From the human T2T-CHM13v2.0 reference genome, Homo sapiens: a DNA stretch of 64,000 nucleotides. A model generated the notes under the pieces. That model was not told the origin of the DNA. It ran no database searches and was given only the letters and a program-made list of their open reading frames with translations. Both the position numbers and the translations under genes were made by a program. Below are positions 1 to 13,680 of this stretch, piece after piece. Each line of letters begins with the position of its first letter. Positions within the stretch are counted from its first letter, which is position 1. The stretch lies in assembly GCF_009914755.1 (NCBI RefSeq), contig NC_060936.1. One strand, 5' to 3'.

Positions 1-504
1 CCCTTCTTTTAACCCTAAATATGGTAAAACAGAATTGAATTCTACAAAAGTCTTTCATCTGTTTTCCTATGGAATAATTAACAAACCCAATAAATGTTTA
101 AAGAACATGAAGTTCATTTTATTTTAGATTTATACCTCTTGATTTCAAAGCTTATAGAAATCCAGAGAACTAATCATCATAATCCATAACGCCTGGACCA
201 GAAGTCATTGTTCTAAGAGTATCCTGTGGGATGCTAAAAATGTATTACTAACTGGGAAATTTAAAACTCTTTTGCTGGTGATTTTAAGAGAGCTGACTAG
301 CTCATCAGCACAATTCACACAGATTAAGAATGGAGATTACTCTGCTGAGTGGATTCATAATGATCATAAAAATAATTCACAAATGAGAAAAGAGATAGAG
401 AAGGGGAAACATACTGTCAATCACTAAAATAAAGGGAATATTCAAATGGTCTGATTTTGTATTTTTCAAAACAAAGGCAGCTTATTGTGATAGAATAAGA
501 ATCC

Positions 505-843
505 CACTTGTATGTCTTCTTTTGAGAAGTGGCTGTTTATGTCCCTTGTCAATGTTTTAATGGAACGGTTTTCTTAATGTTCAACATCACTAATCATCAG
601 GGAAATGCAATTCAATGTAAGATACCATCTCATATTATTCAGTATGGCTACTATTAAAAAGTAAAAAAATAACAAATTCTGGTTAGACTTCAGAGAAAAT
701 AAAATGCTTACACACTGTGGCGAGAATGTAAATTAGTTTAGCCACTGTGAAAAGAAGTTTGGAGATTTTTCACAGAATTTAAAACAGAAGTACCATTAAA
801 CCAGCAATTCTGTTACCTAGTGTATATTCAAAAGAAAATTAAA
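505..843 (+). mobile_element. L1PA15/16-like 3' ORF2 fragment, left part, with short inverted 5' segment (~505-575, twin-priming type)
   Basis: aatgttcaacatcactaatcatcagggaaatgcaa...tgtaaattagtttagccactgtgaaaag is L1 3' ORF2; the preceding tgtatgtcttcttttgagaagtg is adjacent L1 sequence in reverse orientation. Confidence 0.75.
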
Positions 844-2349
844 CTCATCTACACAGTACCTCGCTCCTGCCAGCAGAAGGAACTTTTAGAAGGCAAAACC
901 AAGAAATATTTGCTTTCCTGGCTTTGAAAGTTCAAAATCAACAAAATATTACATCAAAAAATAGTCAATATACTACCAAATTATTATAAAATAAGCACTT
1001 GTGTTCAATTCTAAAATAAATAAGCAAACCAGAAGGAAGGAAGGGAGGAAGAGAGAGGGAAAAAAAGGAAAGGAAAGCAAACTCAACATTCCATTTTATT
1101 GATATCCTGTATGATACTTTTATTTGAGCCAATTATTGACATGATCAAAACTTCTTCTTAGATTTCCTATTCTGGAATCATTGCTAGGAAAAGACAATTG
1201 TTTAGTTATAATAAATTATGTCCTTTGAGATGCTTGCTCCTAGACACCCCCAACAGCAATATAAAACAGCTTTGGTGTACTCGCCAGGTTGAGAGCGGTA
1301 CAGCTGAAATACTGGATGGCATTTGCAATTTCTGATCTCTGCACTTACTTGTCAAAGCAAAAAATGAAACAAAATCTTTGAAATGACACTGTGAAGCCCA
1401 TTTTTCAGTCAGGGACTATCTCCAAATGGAAACAAGCTGGCTGTACCATTTAACTACAATTTCACTTCTGATTTATATCTAGCCTGCCTGAAAGTTTGGA
1501 ATATTATATGGCACAAGATTGGAATTAAGTATGAGGGAGCTGGATAGTTCAATAAATAGTAAGTGCCGAATCCTCAAAGAAAATAGCTTCTTTAAAAATG
1601 ACTGGCTTTTCTGTTAGACTCATCTTCAGTATTCCTGGAGGCAACTCTACATTTGACATACATGGTGGGAAACACATTTCAACTGTTTATAACCTCATGA
1701 TGTGAAACTTGACTACCTAAACAATGAAAGGAAATTTGACTGGAGTTCTAACATACTAGCATGGCTTGGTGATCCCTACATATTGAAGAGTTTAAGTCAA
1801 GACTATGCGAGTTGTCATTATGGGCATTATTCATCCTAGAGTCCAAGTATTTTCCTTCCAGTTTCATTGATATTTCTTTCTGCTATAATATGTTTCCCAA
1901 ATTTTCATGTAAATAACTTTTTATGACCTCAATTGTGTTTTTTTCTAAATATTTTTTATTATTGTTTTAAATATTGTACAATATATACCTGTTTTGGCAA
2001 ATTCAAATGAGTCATAAGTACATACATTAAAAATACTATTTTTGGTCCCGTTCTATCATCACTCTTGCACAAACCCAGATAACCTGTTCTAATACTTTGG
2101 TTTATGCCCCTTGGAGTATTTTAAAAATGCTCCCCCCTTTTAAAATAAATACCTACACACAGTGTGTTTTTTTTTTTTTTTAATGAAAACATCATATTTT
2201 CCTATTGTATTTTTCCATCAATTTGCCTTTTATACTTTCCATCTTTTGGATTTTATTCCAAATCAACATGTATAGATTTTTCTCTCTCTTAACCAATAGT
2301 TGAATTATCCAAATTAAAATATATATTTTTAATTTAAAAAAAAAAAAAA
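844..2349 (+). other. Retroposed non-L1 insert (orphan transduction or processed non-coding RNA) with polyA tail and TSD
   Basis: Direct repeat aaaagaaaattaaa at 830-843 and 2346-2359; A14 run 2336-2349; ATTAAA at 2313-2318; host L1 resumes colinearly afterwards. Confidence 0.6.
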
Positions 2350-2872
2350 GAAAATTAAAAATTCTACAAAAAGAAACCCCACGTGCACTTGTATATTCAT
2401 CATATTGCTATTCACATTAGGGAAGGCATGGAATTAAATTATGTGTGAATCAATAATTTGGATAGAAATATGTGCTACATAAACACCATAAAATACTATG
2501 CACACATTAAAAAAAATACAATCATGTCCTGTGCAGCAACATGGATGCATCTGGAGGCCATTATCCTAAGGAAATTAATACAGGAACAGAAAACCAAGTA
2601 CCACATGTTCTTGCCTGTAAGTGGGCTCTAAACATGGAGTACTGATGAATATAAAGATTTCAACAATAGACACTGAGAACTACTAGATGAAGGAGGAGGG
2701 CAGGGGTGAGAAACTATGGGTACTATGCTCACTACCTTGGTGATACGATCAATTATTCCCACAATATATGCTCAATACTGTGGTGATGGGATCAACAATG
2801 TCCCACATAGCTCAGCATCACACAATATATCCACGTAACAAACCTACAAACATACTCCCTGAATCTAAAAAA
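2350..2872 (+). mobile_element. L1PA15/16-like 3' end (right part), with internal ~43-bp tandem duplication ~2727-2810
   Basis: gcagcaacatggatgcatctggaggccattatcctaag...gtaacaaacctacaaacatactccctgaatctaaaa, typical old L1PA 3' UTR. Confidence 0.8.
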
Positions 2873-5756
2873 TTTAAGGCAGAGACAGAGTAAGAAGGCA
2901 GAATAGAAGCCTACACCACTCATCCCCCATGTCAAAACACCATATTTTCACAACTTACTATATTCAAGAAGCACTGTCAAAGGGACCAAAAATTAGGTGA
3001 GCAATCACAGTATCTGGTATTAACTTCATATCACTGAAAAAGACATTGGAGAAGACAAAAAAATGACAGCCTAGAAACACCGATGCCACCTCTTTTTCAA
3101 CCACCAGTAGTGACCACATGGTGCAGAGATTGTATGTTTGGGAGAGGAAGAGCACAGTTTCTGAGGCTTTGCAATAAACTCAGTACTACCCTGTCACAGT
3201 AAAAAGCAGAGCCAGATTGTACTCAGCTGACATCTGCCAATAGAAGGAGAATTTTGATTGGCCCTAGCAAAAGGAAAATCTCCCATCTTGGTGCTGGGAG
3301 CTTGAGTCTTTACAAGCCTTGCCATCATGAGTTGAAGTGCTATTGGACCCTAAGAGAACTTAAGGGGCAGTCTAGGCCACAAGGACTTCCATTATTAAGC
3401 AAGCCATACTGCGGAGCTGGGCTTGGAGCCAGTGGAATGTGGAGGGTGGGGAGAATGTGGCCTACTGAGACACCAGCCAGAGCAGCTAAGGGAGTGCTCA
3501 CAACACCATTACCCCACCCCCCACCCAGCAGCAGCCACAAGCCACAGAGAAACCTGTGAATTTGTGAGAGAGAGAGCACAGTGACTGGAGGACTTAACAT
3601 TAAAGTCAGTGTTGCCATGTCAGTAAAGACCTGGCAGAATTCATCACCTGCTGACTAAAGAACCCCAGTACCCAGAATAAAAAACAGTGATACCCAGGTA
3701 ATACACCATGGGTATTGGGCTCTGAGAAGTGCTAACTTCAGGTGTGACCCAGCACATTTCCAGCTGTGGTAGCTATGGTGAAAGACTTCTTCTGTTTGAG
3801 AAAAGCAGGGGGAAAGTAAAGGGAACTCTGTGTTGCACCTCATATACCAGCTTAGCCACAGTGGGGTAGAGCACCAAGCAGATTCTTAGAGCCCCTGAGT
3901 CCAGACCTAAGGTCTTGGCCAGCATTTCTGCACTTGCCCTGGGCCAAGGGTCGAGTCTCAGGCATTGCAGAATTTATCACAAGCAAACTAAAGAGTCCTT
4001 GGGCTTTAAGTGAGAAATTGATGATGATTTGGCAGAACCCTCCCGTGGGCTGGTGGTGTTGGCAGTCATAGAAGAGGCTCCTCTGCCTGCAGACAGGGGA
4101 AGGAAGGGTAGAAAATATTTTGTTTTATGCCCTAAGTGCCAGGTTAGCTACAGTAAAATAGAAGATCAGGTAAATTTTGAAGATTCTATACTTTAATCTC
4201 TGGCTCCCTAGCACCTATGGACCCACTCATGGCTAGGGGAACTTGCCACCCTATAGGCAGATACACAAATCTGGCTGACTTTGCCATCTATTAATCCTGG
4301 AGTCCTAGGGCTTTGAGTAAACTTATATGGTAGCCAAGTAGTGGTTACAGTGGGCCTTGGGTGAGACCAAGTTCTGTGCCTACTTCAGGTGTGAACCAGC
4401 ACAGTCTCAGTGGTGGTGGCCACAGGGGTGCTTATGTTACCCCAACTCCAGCTCCACATGCCTCAGCACAGGAAGAGAGACTCTGCTGGTTTGAGAGAAA
4501 TTAAGGGAAGAGAACAAGAGTCCCTACTTGATAAATCAAGATAATTTTTCTTGATGTTAATCCAAGGCCGCCAAGGCAGCACCTCTACATGTTTGCATAA
4601 ACTACTGTGTTATTGTGTTTGGGACCCAAGTCTCTTTGAATACCTGGAAAGCATTCCCAAAAATAATGGGCACAAACAAGCCCAGACTCTGAAGACTACA
4701 AGAGACAACTCTTCAATGCCCAGATATAGATGAACATCTACAAGTATCAAGACCATCCAGGAAAACACGACCTCACCAAACAAGCTAAATAAGGCACCAA
4801 GGACAAATCCTGGAAAAACAGAGATTATGTGACCTTTCATAAAGGAAATTCAAAATAGCTGGTCGAGGTAATTCAAAGAAATGCAATATAACACAGAGAA
4901 AAAATTCAAAATTCTATCAGATAAATTTAACAACAAGATTGAAATAAAAAGAATAAAGCAGAAAATTTGAAGTTAAAATGCAATTGTCATACTGAAGAAT
5001 GCATCAGAATTACTTAAAAGCATTGATCAAGAGGAAGATAGATTTAGTGAACTTAAAGTCAGACTATTTGAAACTACAAAGTCAGAGGAGACAAAAAAGA
5101 ATAAAAAATAAAGCATGCCTACAAAATCTAAAAAATAGCCTCAAAATAGCAAATCTAAGAGTTATTGGCCTTAAAGCAGAGGTAGAAAAAGAAATAGGAG
5201 TTAAATATTTATTTAAAGAAATAGTGTTAAATAATATTAAACAATTCCCCAACATTTGATATCAACATTTGAGTACAAGAAAGTTACAGAACATCAAGCA
5301 GATTTAGCCCAAAGACTACCTCAAGGCACTTAACTGAACTCCCAAAAGTTAAGGATAAATAAATGATTCTAAAAGCAGCGAGAGAAGAGAAACAAATAAC
5401 ATTCAGTGGAACTCCAATATATCTGACAGCAGACTTTTCAAGGGAAAATTTACAGGCTGAGAGAATGGCATGACATATTAAAAAAGCTAAAGGAAAAATA
5501 AGACTTTTACTTTAGAATAATGTATATGGCAAAAACGTCCTTTAAACTTAATGGAAAATAAGAACTTTTCCCAACAAACAAAAACTGAGGGATTTCATTA
5601 ACACCAGACATGTCCTACAAGAAATGCTAAAGGGAGTTCTTCACCTGAAAGAAAAAAAGTGAGTGAGCAATAAGAAATCATCTGAAGGTACAAAAGTCAC
5701 TAGTAAGAGCACACGGAAAAACGCAGAATATTATAACATGGTAATTATGGTGTGCA

Positions 5757-5975
5757 AGATCACATGGACACAGGAAGGGGAACATGACATTCTGGGGACT
5801 GTTGTGGGCTGGGGGGGAGGGGGGAGGGATAGCATTGGGAGATATACCTAATGCTAGATGACGAGTTAGTGGGTGCAGCGCACCAGCATGGCACATGTAT
5901 ACATATGTAACTAACCTGCACAGTGTGCACATGTACCCTAAAACTTAAAGTATAATAATAAAAAAATTAAAAAAA
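5757..5975 (+). mobile_element. 5'-truncated young L1 (L1PA2-like) 3' UTR inserted in the old L1
   Basis: gcattgggagatatacctaatgctagatgacgagttagtgggtgcagcgcaccagc...accctaaaacttaaagtataat plus A tail. Confidence 0.85.
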
Positions 5976-7980
5976 ACTCAAGTAGAAACAGTAAGCAATA
6001 AACCAATAAAAAATAATAACTACAACATATTTCCAAGACATAGACAGTAAAATAGGGAATGAAGAGAAACAACAAAAAGTTTAAAAGAATGGCAATAAAA
6101 TTAAAGTGTAGAGTTTTTATTAGTTGCTCTGCTTGTTTGTTTGTGCAATCAATGAAAAATTGTTCAGTCTAAAATGATGTGTTATAAGATATTATTTTCA
6201 AGCCTTACAGTAACTTCAAATCAAAAAGCATACCACAGATGTACAAAAAGTAAAAAGGAAGAAATAAGATTGTATTACAGGAGAAACCACCTTCACTAAA
6301 AGGAAGACAGGAAGACAGAAAAGAAGGACAAGAGGACAAAAATCAATCAGAAAACAAATAACAAAATGGCAGGAGTAAGTGCTTATCAATAATAATGTTG
6401 AATGTAAATGAACTAAATACTCCAATCAAAAGACAAATAATGGATGAATGCATAGAGAAGCAAGACAATAATCTGTGACCTAAAAAAAAACATACTTTAC
6501 CTATAAAAATACATTTAGACTGAAAATAAAAGGATGGCAAAAGTTACTCCATGCCAATAGAAACCAAAAAAGAGCAGAAATAGCTACACTTATACCAGAC
6601 AAAAATAGATTTCAACAAAAGACTGTAGGAAGAGATTAAGAAGGTCATTATATAATAATAAAGAGATCAATTCATCAAGAGGATATAATAATTGGAAACA
6701 TATATGCACCCAACACTAAAGCACCTAGATAAATGAAGTAAATATTATAAGAGCTAAAGAAAGAGACCTCAATACAATAATGGCTGGACACTTCAACACC
6801 CCACTTTAGTCATTGGATAGACCTTCCAGACAGAAAATCAACAAAGTAACATCAGACCTAATCTGCACTATAGAACAAATGAACCTAATAGTTATTTACA
6901 GAAAATTTCATCCAACAGCTACAGAATACACATTCTTCTCCTCAGCACGTGGGTTATTCTCCAGGATAGACCACATGTTAAGTAACATGTCTAAAAACAT
7001 TCAAAAAAATTGAAGTAATATCAAGCATTTTCTTTGACCACAATGGAATAAAACTAGAAATCAATTAAAAATGAATTTCAGAAACTATACAAGCACTTGA
7101 ACATTAAACAGTATGCTCCTGAATAATCACTAGGCCAATAAAAAAGTTAAAAAGAAAATAGAAAAATTTCTTGAAACAAATGATAATGGAAACATAGCAT
7201 AGCAAAACCTACGGAATATAGTAAAAGAGGTACTATTATAAAACAAAAATTTATAACTGTAAGTGCATATATAAAAAACAGAGAAACTTCAAATAAATAA
7301 CCTAACAGTACATCTTAATTAAATAGAATAAAAAGGCCAAACCAACTCAAAATTAGAAGAAAAGAAATAATAAAGATTAGAGTGGAAATAAAGTTAAAAT
7401 GAAGAAAACAATGCAAAAGATCAATGAAACAAAAAGTTGATTTTTTTTGAAAAGTAAAACAATTCACAAATAATTAGACAGGCTAACTGAAGAACAGAGG
7501 AGATACAAATTTATAAAATCAGAGTTGAAAAAGGATACATTACAAGTAATGCTTCAGAAAATCAAAGGGTCATTAGTGGCTACTATGAGCAATTGTATGC
7601 CAACAAATTAGAAAACCTAGAGGAAATTCTTAGAGAAACACAACTTACCAAGATTGAACTAGGAAAAAATCAAAAACCTGAACAGACCAATAATGAATAA
7701 CAAAATTAAAGCCATAATAAAAAAGTATGTAGGACCAGACTGAAAAATAGAGAAGGAAAGAAGATTTTCAAATTCATTCTTTGAGGCTAGTATTAAACTG
7801 ATATCAAAACCAGACAAAGACACATTAAAAAAGCCAACTATGGGCCCATATCTGAGAATATTGATGCAAAAATTTGCAAAAAACCTAGCAAACTGAATTA
7901 AGCAGTACATAAATAAATAATTCATAATGACCAAGTGGGATTTATCCCAGAGGTGCAACGATGGTTCAACATGCAAATCA

Positions 7981-8345
<365 letters not shown>

Positions 8346-8725
8346 AAAACAGAATGAAGGACAAAATCCATATAATCATTTCAATTATGCTAAAAAATTA
8401 TTTAATAAAATTTAATATTCTTTAATAATTAAAAACCCTTTGAAAACTGGGTATGAAATGATAGCTCAACATAATAAAAGTTAGATATGACAGACCCACA
8501 GCTAGTATCACTGTAAGTGGGGAAAAAGTAAAAGCCTTTCCTCTATAATCTGGAAGATGACCATAATATCCACTTTTACCACTGTTATTCAGCATAATTC
8601 TGAAAGTCCTATCTGGAGCAATCAGACAAGAGAAAGTAATAAAGGCATCCCAATTGGAAAGGAAGTTAAATTATCTTTTTTGCCGATGATATAATCTTAT
8701 ATTTGAAAAAGCATAAAGACTCCTC

Positions 8726-11055
8726 TGATAGAGTTTGAATGTGTGTCCCCTCCCAAATCTCATATTTAAATGTAATTCTCAATGTTGGAGGTGGGCCTGG
8801 TGAAAGGTGATTTAACCATTGGGGTGGATTACTCACAAATGGCTTAGCATCATCCCACTTGGTGCTATCCTCATGATAGTGAGTGAGTTCCCCTAAGATC
8901 TGGTTATTTAAAAATGTGTAAAAACTCACCCCTGTTTTTTGCTCCTGCTTTTTGCCCTGCAATATGCAAGATTCTACTTCAACTTCTGCCATGACTGTAA
9001 AGTTCCAGAGGCCTTCCCAGAAGTGTATGCCAGTGCTATGTCTTCTCTACAGCCTGTAGAGTCAAAAGCCACTTAAACCTCCTTTTTAAAAAATAAATTA
9101 TCCAGTCTCAGGTATTTATAGTGATGCAAAAATAGATTAATACAGAAAGTTGGCACCAAAGAGTGGAAAATTTTTATAAGCATACCTGAAAATGTGGAAT
9201 CAGCTTCGTAATTGGGTAAACAGGCAGAGGTTGGAAGAGTTTGCAGGACTTAGAAGAAGATAGAAAAATGAAGAAAACTTGAGATTTTCTTAGAGACTGG
9301 TTGTATGGCTGTGACCAAAATGCTGATAGTGATCTGGACATAAAAGTTTGAATTTGAAAGTGATGATTTAGGGTTTCTGTTGGAAAAATGTCTAAGTAGC
9401 AAAGCATTCAAGATGTGGCCTGGCTGCTTCTAACAACCTATGCATACATGTTGCAGCAAAAAAAAAAAAAAAAAAAAAAAAAGTTGAAACTTATACTTAC
9501 AAGGGAAGCGTAGTGGAAAATCTTGAGAACTTTGCAGCCTAGTTATGTGGCAGAAAAATAAATAGCTTTTATAAGAGAGAAACTCAAGCAGGCTGTGGAG
9601 CAACCACTTGTTAGAGATACTTGTATAACCTGAAAAAAAGCAAGTGTTGATAGCCAAGACAATGGGAAAGAGGAATTGAATGCATTTTAGAAAGCTAAAA
9701 TGCAGCTCCCCATCACAGACCCTGAGTCCTAAAAGAAGAGAATAGTTTCTGGGATCAGGCCCAGGACCTGCTGCCTTGGGTAGCCTTGGAACATGGCTCC
9801 CTGCATCGTAGCCACTGCTCCAGCTCCAGGTGTAGCAAAAATTGGCCCAGTTACAACTATAGTCACTGCTTCAGAGGGTGCAAGCCATAAGCCTTGGTAG
9901 CTTTCATGTGCTGTTACGCCTGTGGGTGTACAAAATGCAAGAGTTGAGACTTGGGAGCCTCTACCTTTATTTCAAAGGGTGTATGTAAAAGCCAGGGTGT
10001 GCAGGCAGAAGCATGCTGCAGAGGTGGAGCTCTCATGGAGAACCTCTACTAAAACAATGCAGAGAAGAAATGTGGGGTTACAGTCCTCATGTAGGCTCCC
10101 TACTGGGGCATAGACTAGTAGATCTGTGAGGAGAGGATCACTGTCCTCCAGACTCCAGAATGGTAGATCTAGCTACAGCTTGCACCTTGGACCTGGAAAA
10201 GCCAGAGGCACCCAATACCAGTCCATGAGAGCAGCTGTGGGGGCTGAACCATGCAAAGACACAAGGTCAAAACTTCCCAAAGCATTAATGTGCCCTGGAA
10301 ATGGGATATAGGGTCAAAAATAGTTATTTTGGAGCCTTACAATTCAATAACTCCCATTCTGGGTTTCAGACCTGCATGGGTCCTGTGGCCCCTTTCTTTT
10401 AGCTGATTTCTTCCTTTTAGAATAGGAGTATTTACCCAATGCCTGTGCCCCATTTGTATCTTGGAAGTACCTAACTTGTTTTTTGTATTTTAGGCTTATA
10501 GGAGGAAGGAACTAGCTTTGTCTTAGATGAGACTTTTGACTTTTGAGTTAAGGCTGAAATGAGTTAAGACTTTGGGGATTGTTGGGAAGTCATGATCGTA
10601 TTTTGAAATATGAGAAGGATATGAGATTTTGAATGGCCAGGGGCAAAACAATATAATTTGGATATGTGTTCCCACCAAAATGTTCTATTGAAATGTAATC
10701 CTCAATGTTGGAAGTGGGCCTAGTGGGGAGGTGATTGAAACAGGAGGGCAGGATTTCCATGAACAGTTTGGCATCATTTCCTTTGGTGCCATTCCCACAA
10801 TAGTAAGTTTTCATGAGAGCTGGTCATCTACAAATGTATAGCACTTTCCCCCTGCCCTTGCACTACCATGTGATATGCAAGCAGCGGATTTATTTTTCAC
10901 CTTGATTGTCAGTTGTCAGGGGCTTCCCCAGAAGTAGAAGCCAGGGCTATGCTTTATGTACAGCCCATAGAATGATGAGCCAATTAAACCTATTTTCTTT
11001 ATAAATTAACCAGCCACCAATTATTTTTATAGCAATGTGGGGGTGGCCTAATATA
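8726..11055 (+). mobile_element. Complete MaLR (MST-type) element: LTR 8726-9144, internal 9145-10648, LTR 10649-11055
   Basis: Two LTRs (tgatagagtttgaatgtgtgtcccc...taataca), MST-internal sequence, 5-bp TSD tcctc/tccac. Confidence 0.9.
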
Positions 11056-12073
11056 TCCACCAAAAAACTATTAGAAGTGATAACTTGAGTAAATTTGCAG
11101 AATACAAAATCAACATATATAAATCAGTAGAATTTCTATATGCCAAGAGTCAACAAACTGAAAAAGAATTCAAAAAAGTAATCTTATTTGCAATAGCCAC
11201 AAATAAAACAAAATGTGTGGGAATTTACCAAAGAAATAAAAGTCCTCAACAATTAAAACTGTAAAACACTGATAAAAGAAATGAAAGAGGACACAAAAAA
11301 ATGGAAAGATATTTCTTTGTTCACAGATTGGAAGAATCAGTATTTTTAAAAACGTCCATACAATCCAAAGCAATCTATATATTTCATGCCATCTCTATCA
11401 AAATAATGACATTCCTCACAGAAATAGAAAAAAGTTCTGAAATGTTTATGGAACCACAAAACACCATGATAGTCAAAGCTATGCTGAGTGTATAAAACAA
11501 AAGTGGAGGAATCCCATTACCTGGTTTTAAATTATACTATCAAGCTATAGTAATTAAAACAGCATGATGCTAGGATAAAAACAGACATAAAGACAAATGG
11601 AACAAAATAGATAACTTAGAAACAAACTCATACAGCTAAACTAAACTTATTTTCAACAAAAGTGCCAAGAACATACAATAAAAAAATAAGACAGCTTGTG
11701 TAATAAGTAGGACTGGGAAAACTGGCAAGCCATAGGCAGAAGAATGAAACTAGAACCATATTTCTTGCCACATAAAAATCAAATTAAAATGAATTAAAGA
11801 TGTAAACGTAACACCTCAAACAAACTTTTCCAAAAAAAAAAAAAAAAAAAAAAAAAACATGGGGGAAACTCTTTAGGGCATTGGTTTGTGCAAAAATTTC
11901 TTAAATAATACCCCATAAGCACAGACAACCAAAGCAAACATGGACAAATGGAATTACGGCAAGTCAGAAAACTTTTTTAAAGTGAAGGAAACAATAAACA
12001 AAGTGAAGAGAAAACCCACAGCATGGGTGGAAACATTTGTAAATTACCGTCTGAAAAGCAATTAATAGCTACG

Positions 12074-12739
12074 TGATATGGTTAGGCTTTGTGTCCCCAC
12101 CCAAACCTCATATTGAATTGTAATCCCCAGTGTTGAGGGAGCGACCTGGTAGAAGGTGATTGGATCATGGAGGTGGTTTTCCTCATGCTGTTCTTCTGAT
12201 AATGAGTTCGCATGAGATCTGATGGTTTTATATGGGACTCTTACCCCTTTGCTTCACATACATGCTGTCTCGCCTGCTGTCATGTAAGATGTGCCTACTT
12301 CCCCATCTGCTGTGATTGTAAGTTTCCTGAGGCCTCTCCAGCCATGTAGAACTGTGAGTCAATTAAATATTTCCTCAAAAATTACCCAGTCTCGCCAGGT
12401 TCAGTGGCTCATGCCTATAATCCCAGCACTTTGGGAGGCCGAGGTGGGTGGATCATGAGGTAAGGAGTTCAAGACCAGCCTGGCCAAGATGGTGAAACCG
12501 TCTCTACTAAAAATACAAAAATTAGCTGGGCATTGTGGTGGGTGCCTGTAATCCCAGCTACTCAGGAGGCTGAGGCAGAGAATTGCTTGAAGCCGGGAGG
12601 CAGAGGTTGTAGTGAGCTGAGATCGCGCCACTGCACTCCAGCCTGTGCGACAGAGCAAGACTTCATCTCAATAAATAAATAGATAATAAATAACCCAGTC
12701 TCTGTTTTTTTAATAGCAGTGCAGAAACAGACTAACACA
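12074..12739 (+). mobile_element. MSTA/THE1-type solo LTR interrupted by AluS (12394-12690)
   Basis: tgatatggttaggctttgtgtccccacc...gactaacaca; TSD ctacg/ctaca; Alu TSD ...acccagtctc. Confidence 0.9.
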
Positions 12740-12902
12740 CTACAATATATTGAGTTCAAAAATAGCTATAAATGCTTGAGGGGAAGTTTTTTATTATGTA
12801 TTACTCATTGTATGCCTGTATCAAAGTATGTCATGTACCCCTGTAAATATATACACCAACTATGTACCCACAAAAATAAATTAAAAATTAAAATTAAAAC
12901 CA

Positions 12903-13036
12903 AAGGGAGGAGAGTATAATGAGGCATGTGTGACCCGTGGCTTGAACTAGCTTTTCAGGTTAACTTTGGAATGTCCTTATCCAAGAAGAGAGGTCCATTT
13001 AGTCAACAGGGGCTTAGAAATTAATTTTTAGTTTAT
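12903..13036 (-). mobile_element. MER51/MER4-group LTR fragment
   Basis: gtataatgaggcatgtgtgacc...tttcaggttaactttggaatg...ggggcttagaaattaatttttag. Confidence 0.55.
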
Positions 13037-13363
13037 GAGTAGAAAAAAGAAGAATTTTTAATCCTGAGCCATAGCTCTCAGTCAATCAATCCCCGCAGGG
13101 AACCCTGTTCTTTACTCTGGAGATAAACACTATTTTTCTTTTCCACTGAATAACATCACATTTCAAAATGATGGAAACATCTTGAAACTAAAAGGTACAG
13201 CCTTATTAAATTTGATTTGGTTTCAATTATACTTAATTTAATCACATGTGTTCCAGAGTTTGTCCTCAGTCTTCTCCTACTTTAGGCCCATGATCTGTTG
13301 TATTTGCTCAGCTCCCTGCTCAACAGCAGGAAATCAGTTAGAATTACTTACAAACCTCATTGT

Positions 13364-13680
13364 GTCTGGGAGCGGTGGCTCATGCCTGTAATCCCAGCAA
13401 TTTGGGAGGCCAAGGTGGGCAGATCTCTTGTTGTTAGGTGTTTGAGACCAGCCTGGCCAACAGAGTGAAACCCCATCTCTACTAAAGATACAAAAATTAG
13501 CTGGGTGTGGTGATGCATGCCTGTAATCGCACCTACTTGGGAGGCTGAGGCAGGAGAATCACTTGAACCTGGAAGGCAGAGGTTTCAGTGAGCCAACATG
13601 GTGCACTGCACTCCAGCCTGGGCAGCAGAGAAAGACTCTGTCACAAAGTAATAATAATAATTAATAAGTAAATAAAAATA
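13364..13680 (+). mobile_element. AluS
   Basis: Alu dimer; TSD aaa(c/t)ctcattg. Confidence 0.95.

Noticed and set aside
150-480. Ancient RTE/L4-type LINE RT remnant or coding exon (~88-codon open frame without ATG)
   Set aside because: Only faint motif resemblance; needs an HMM search
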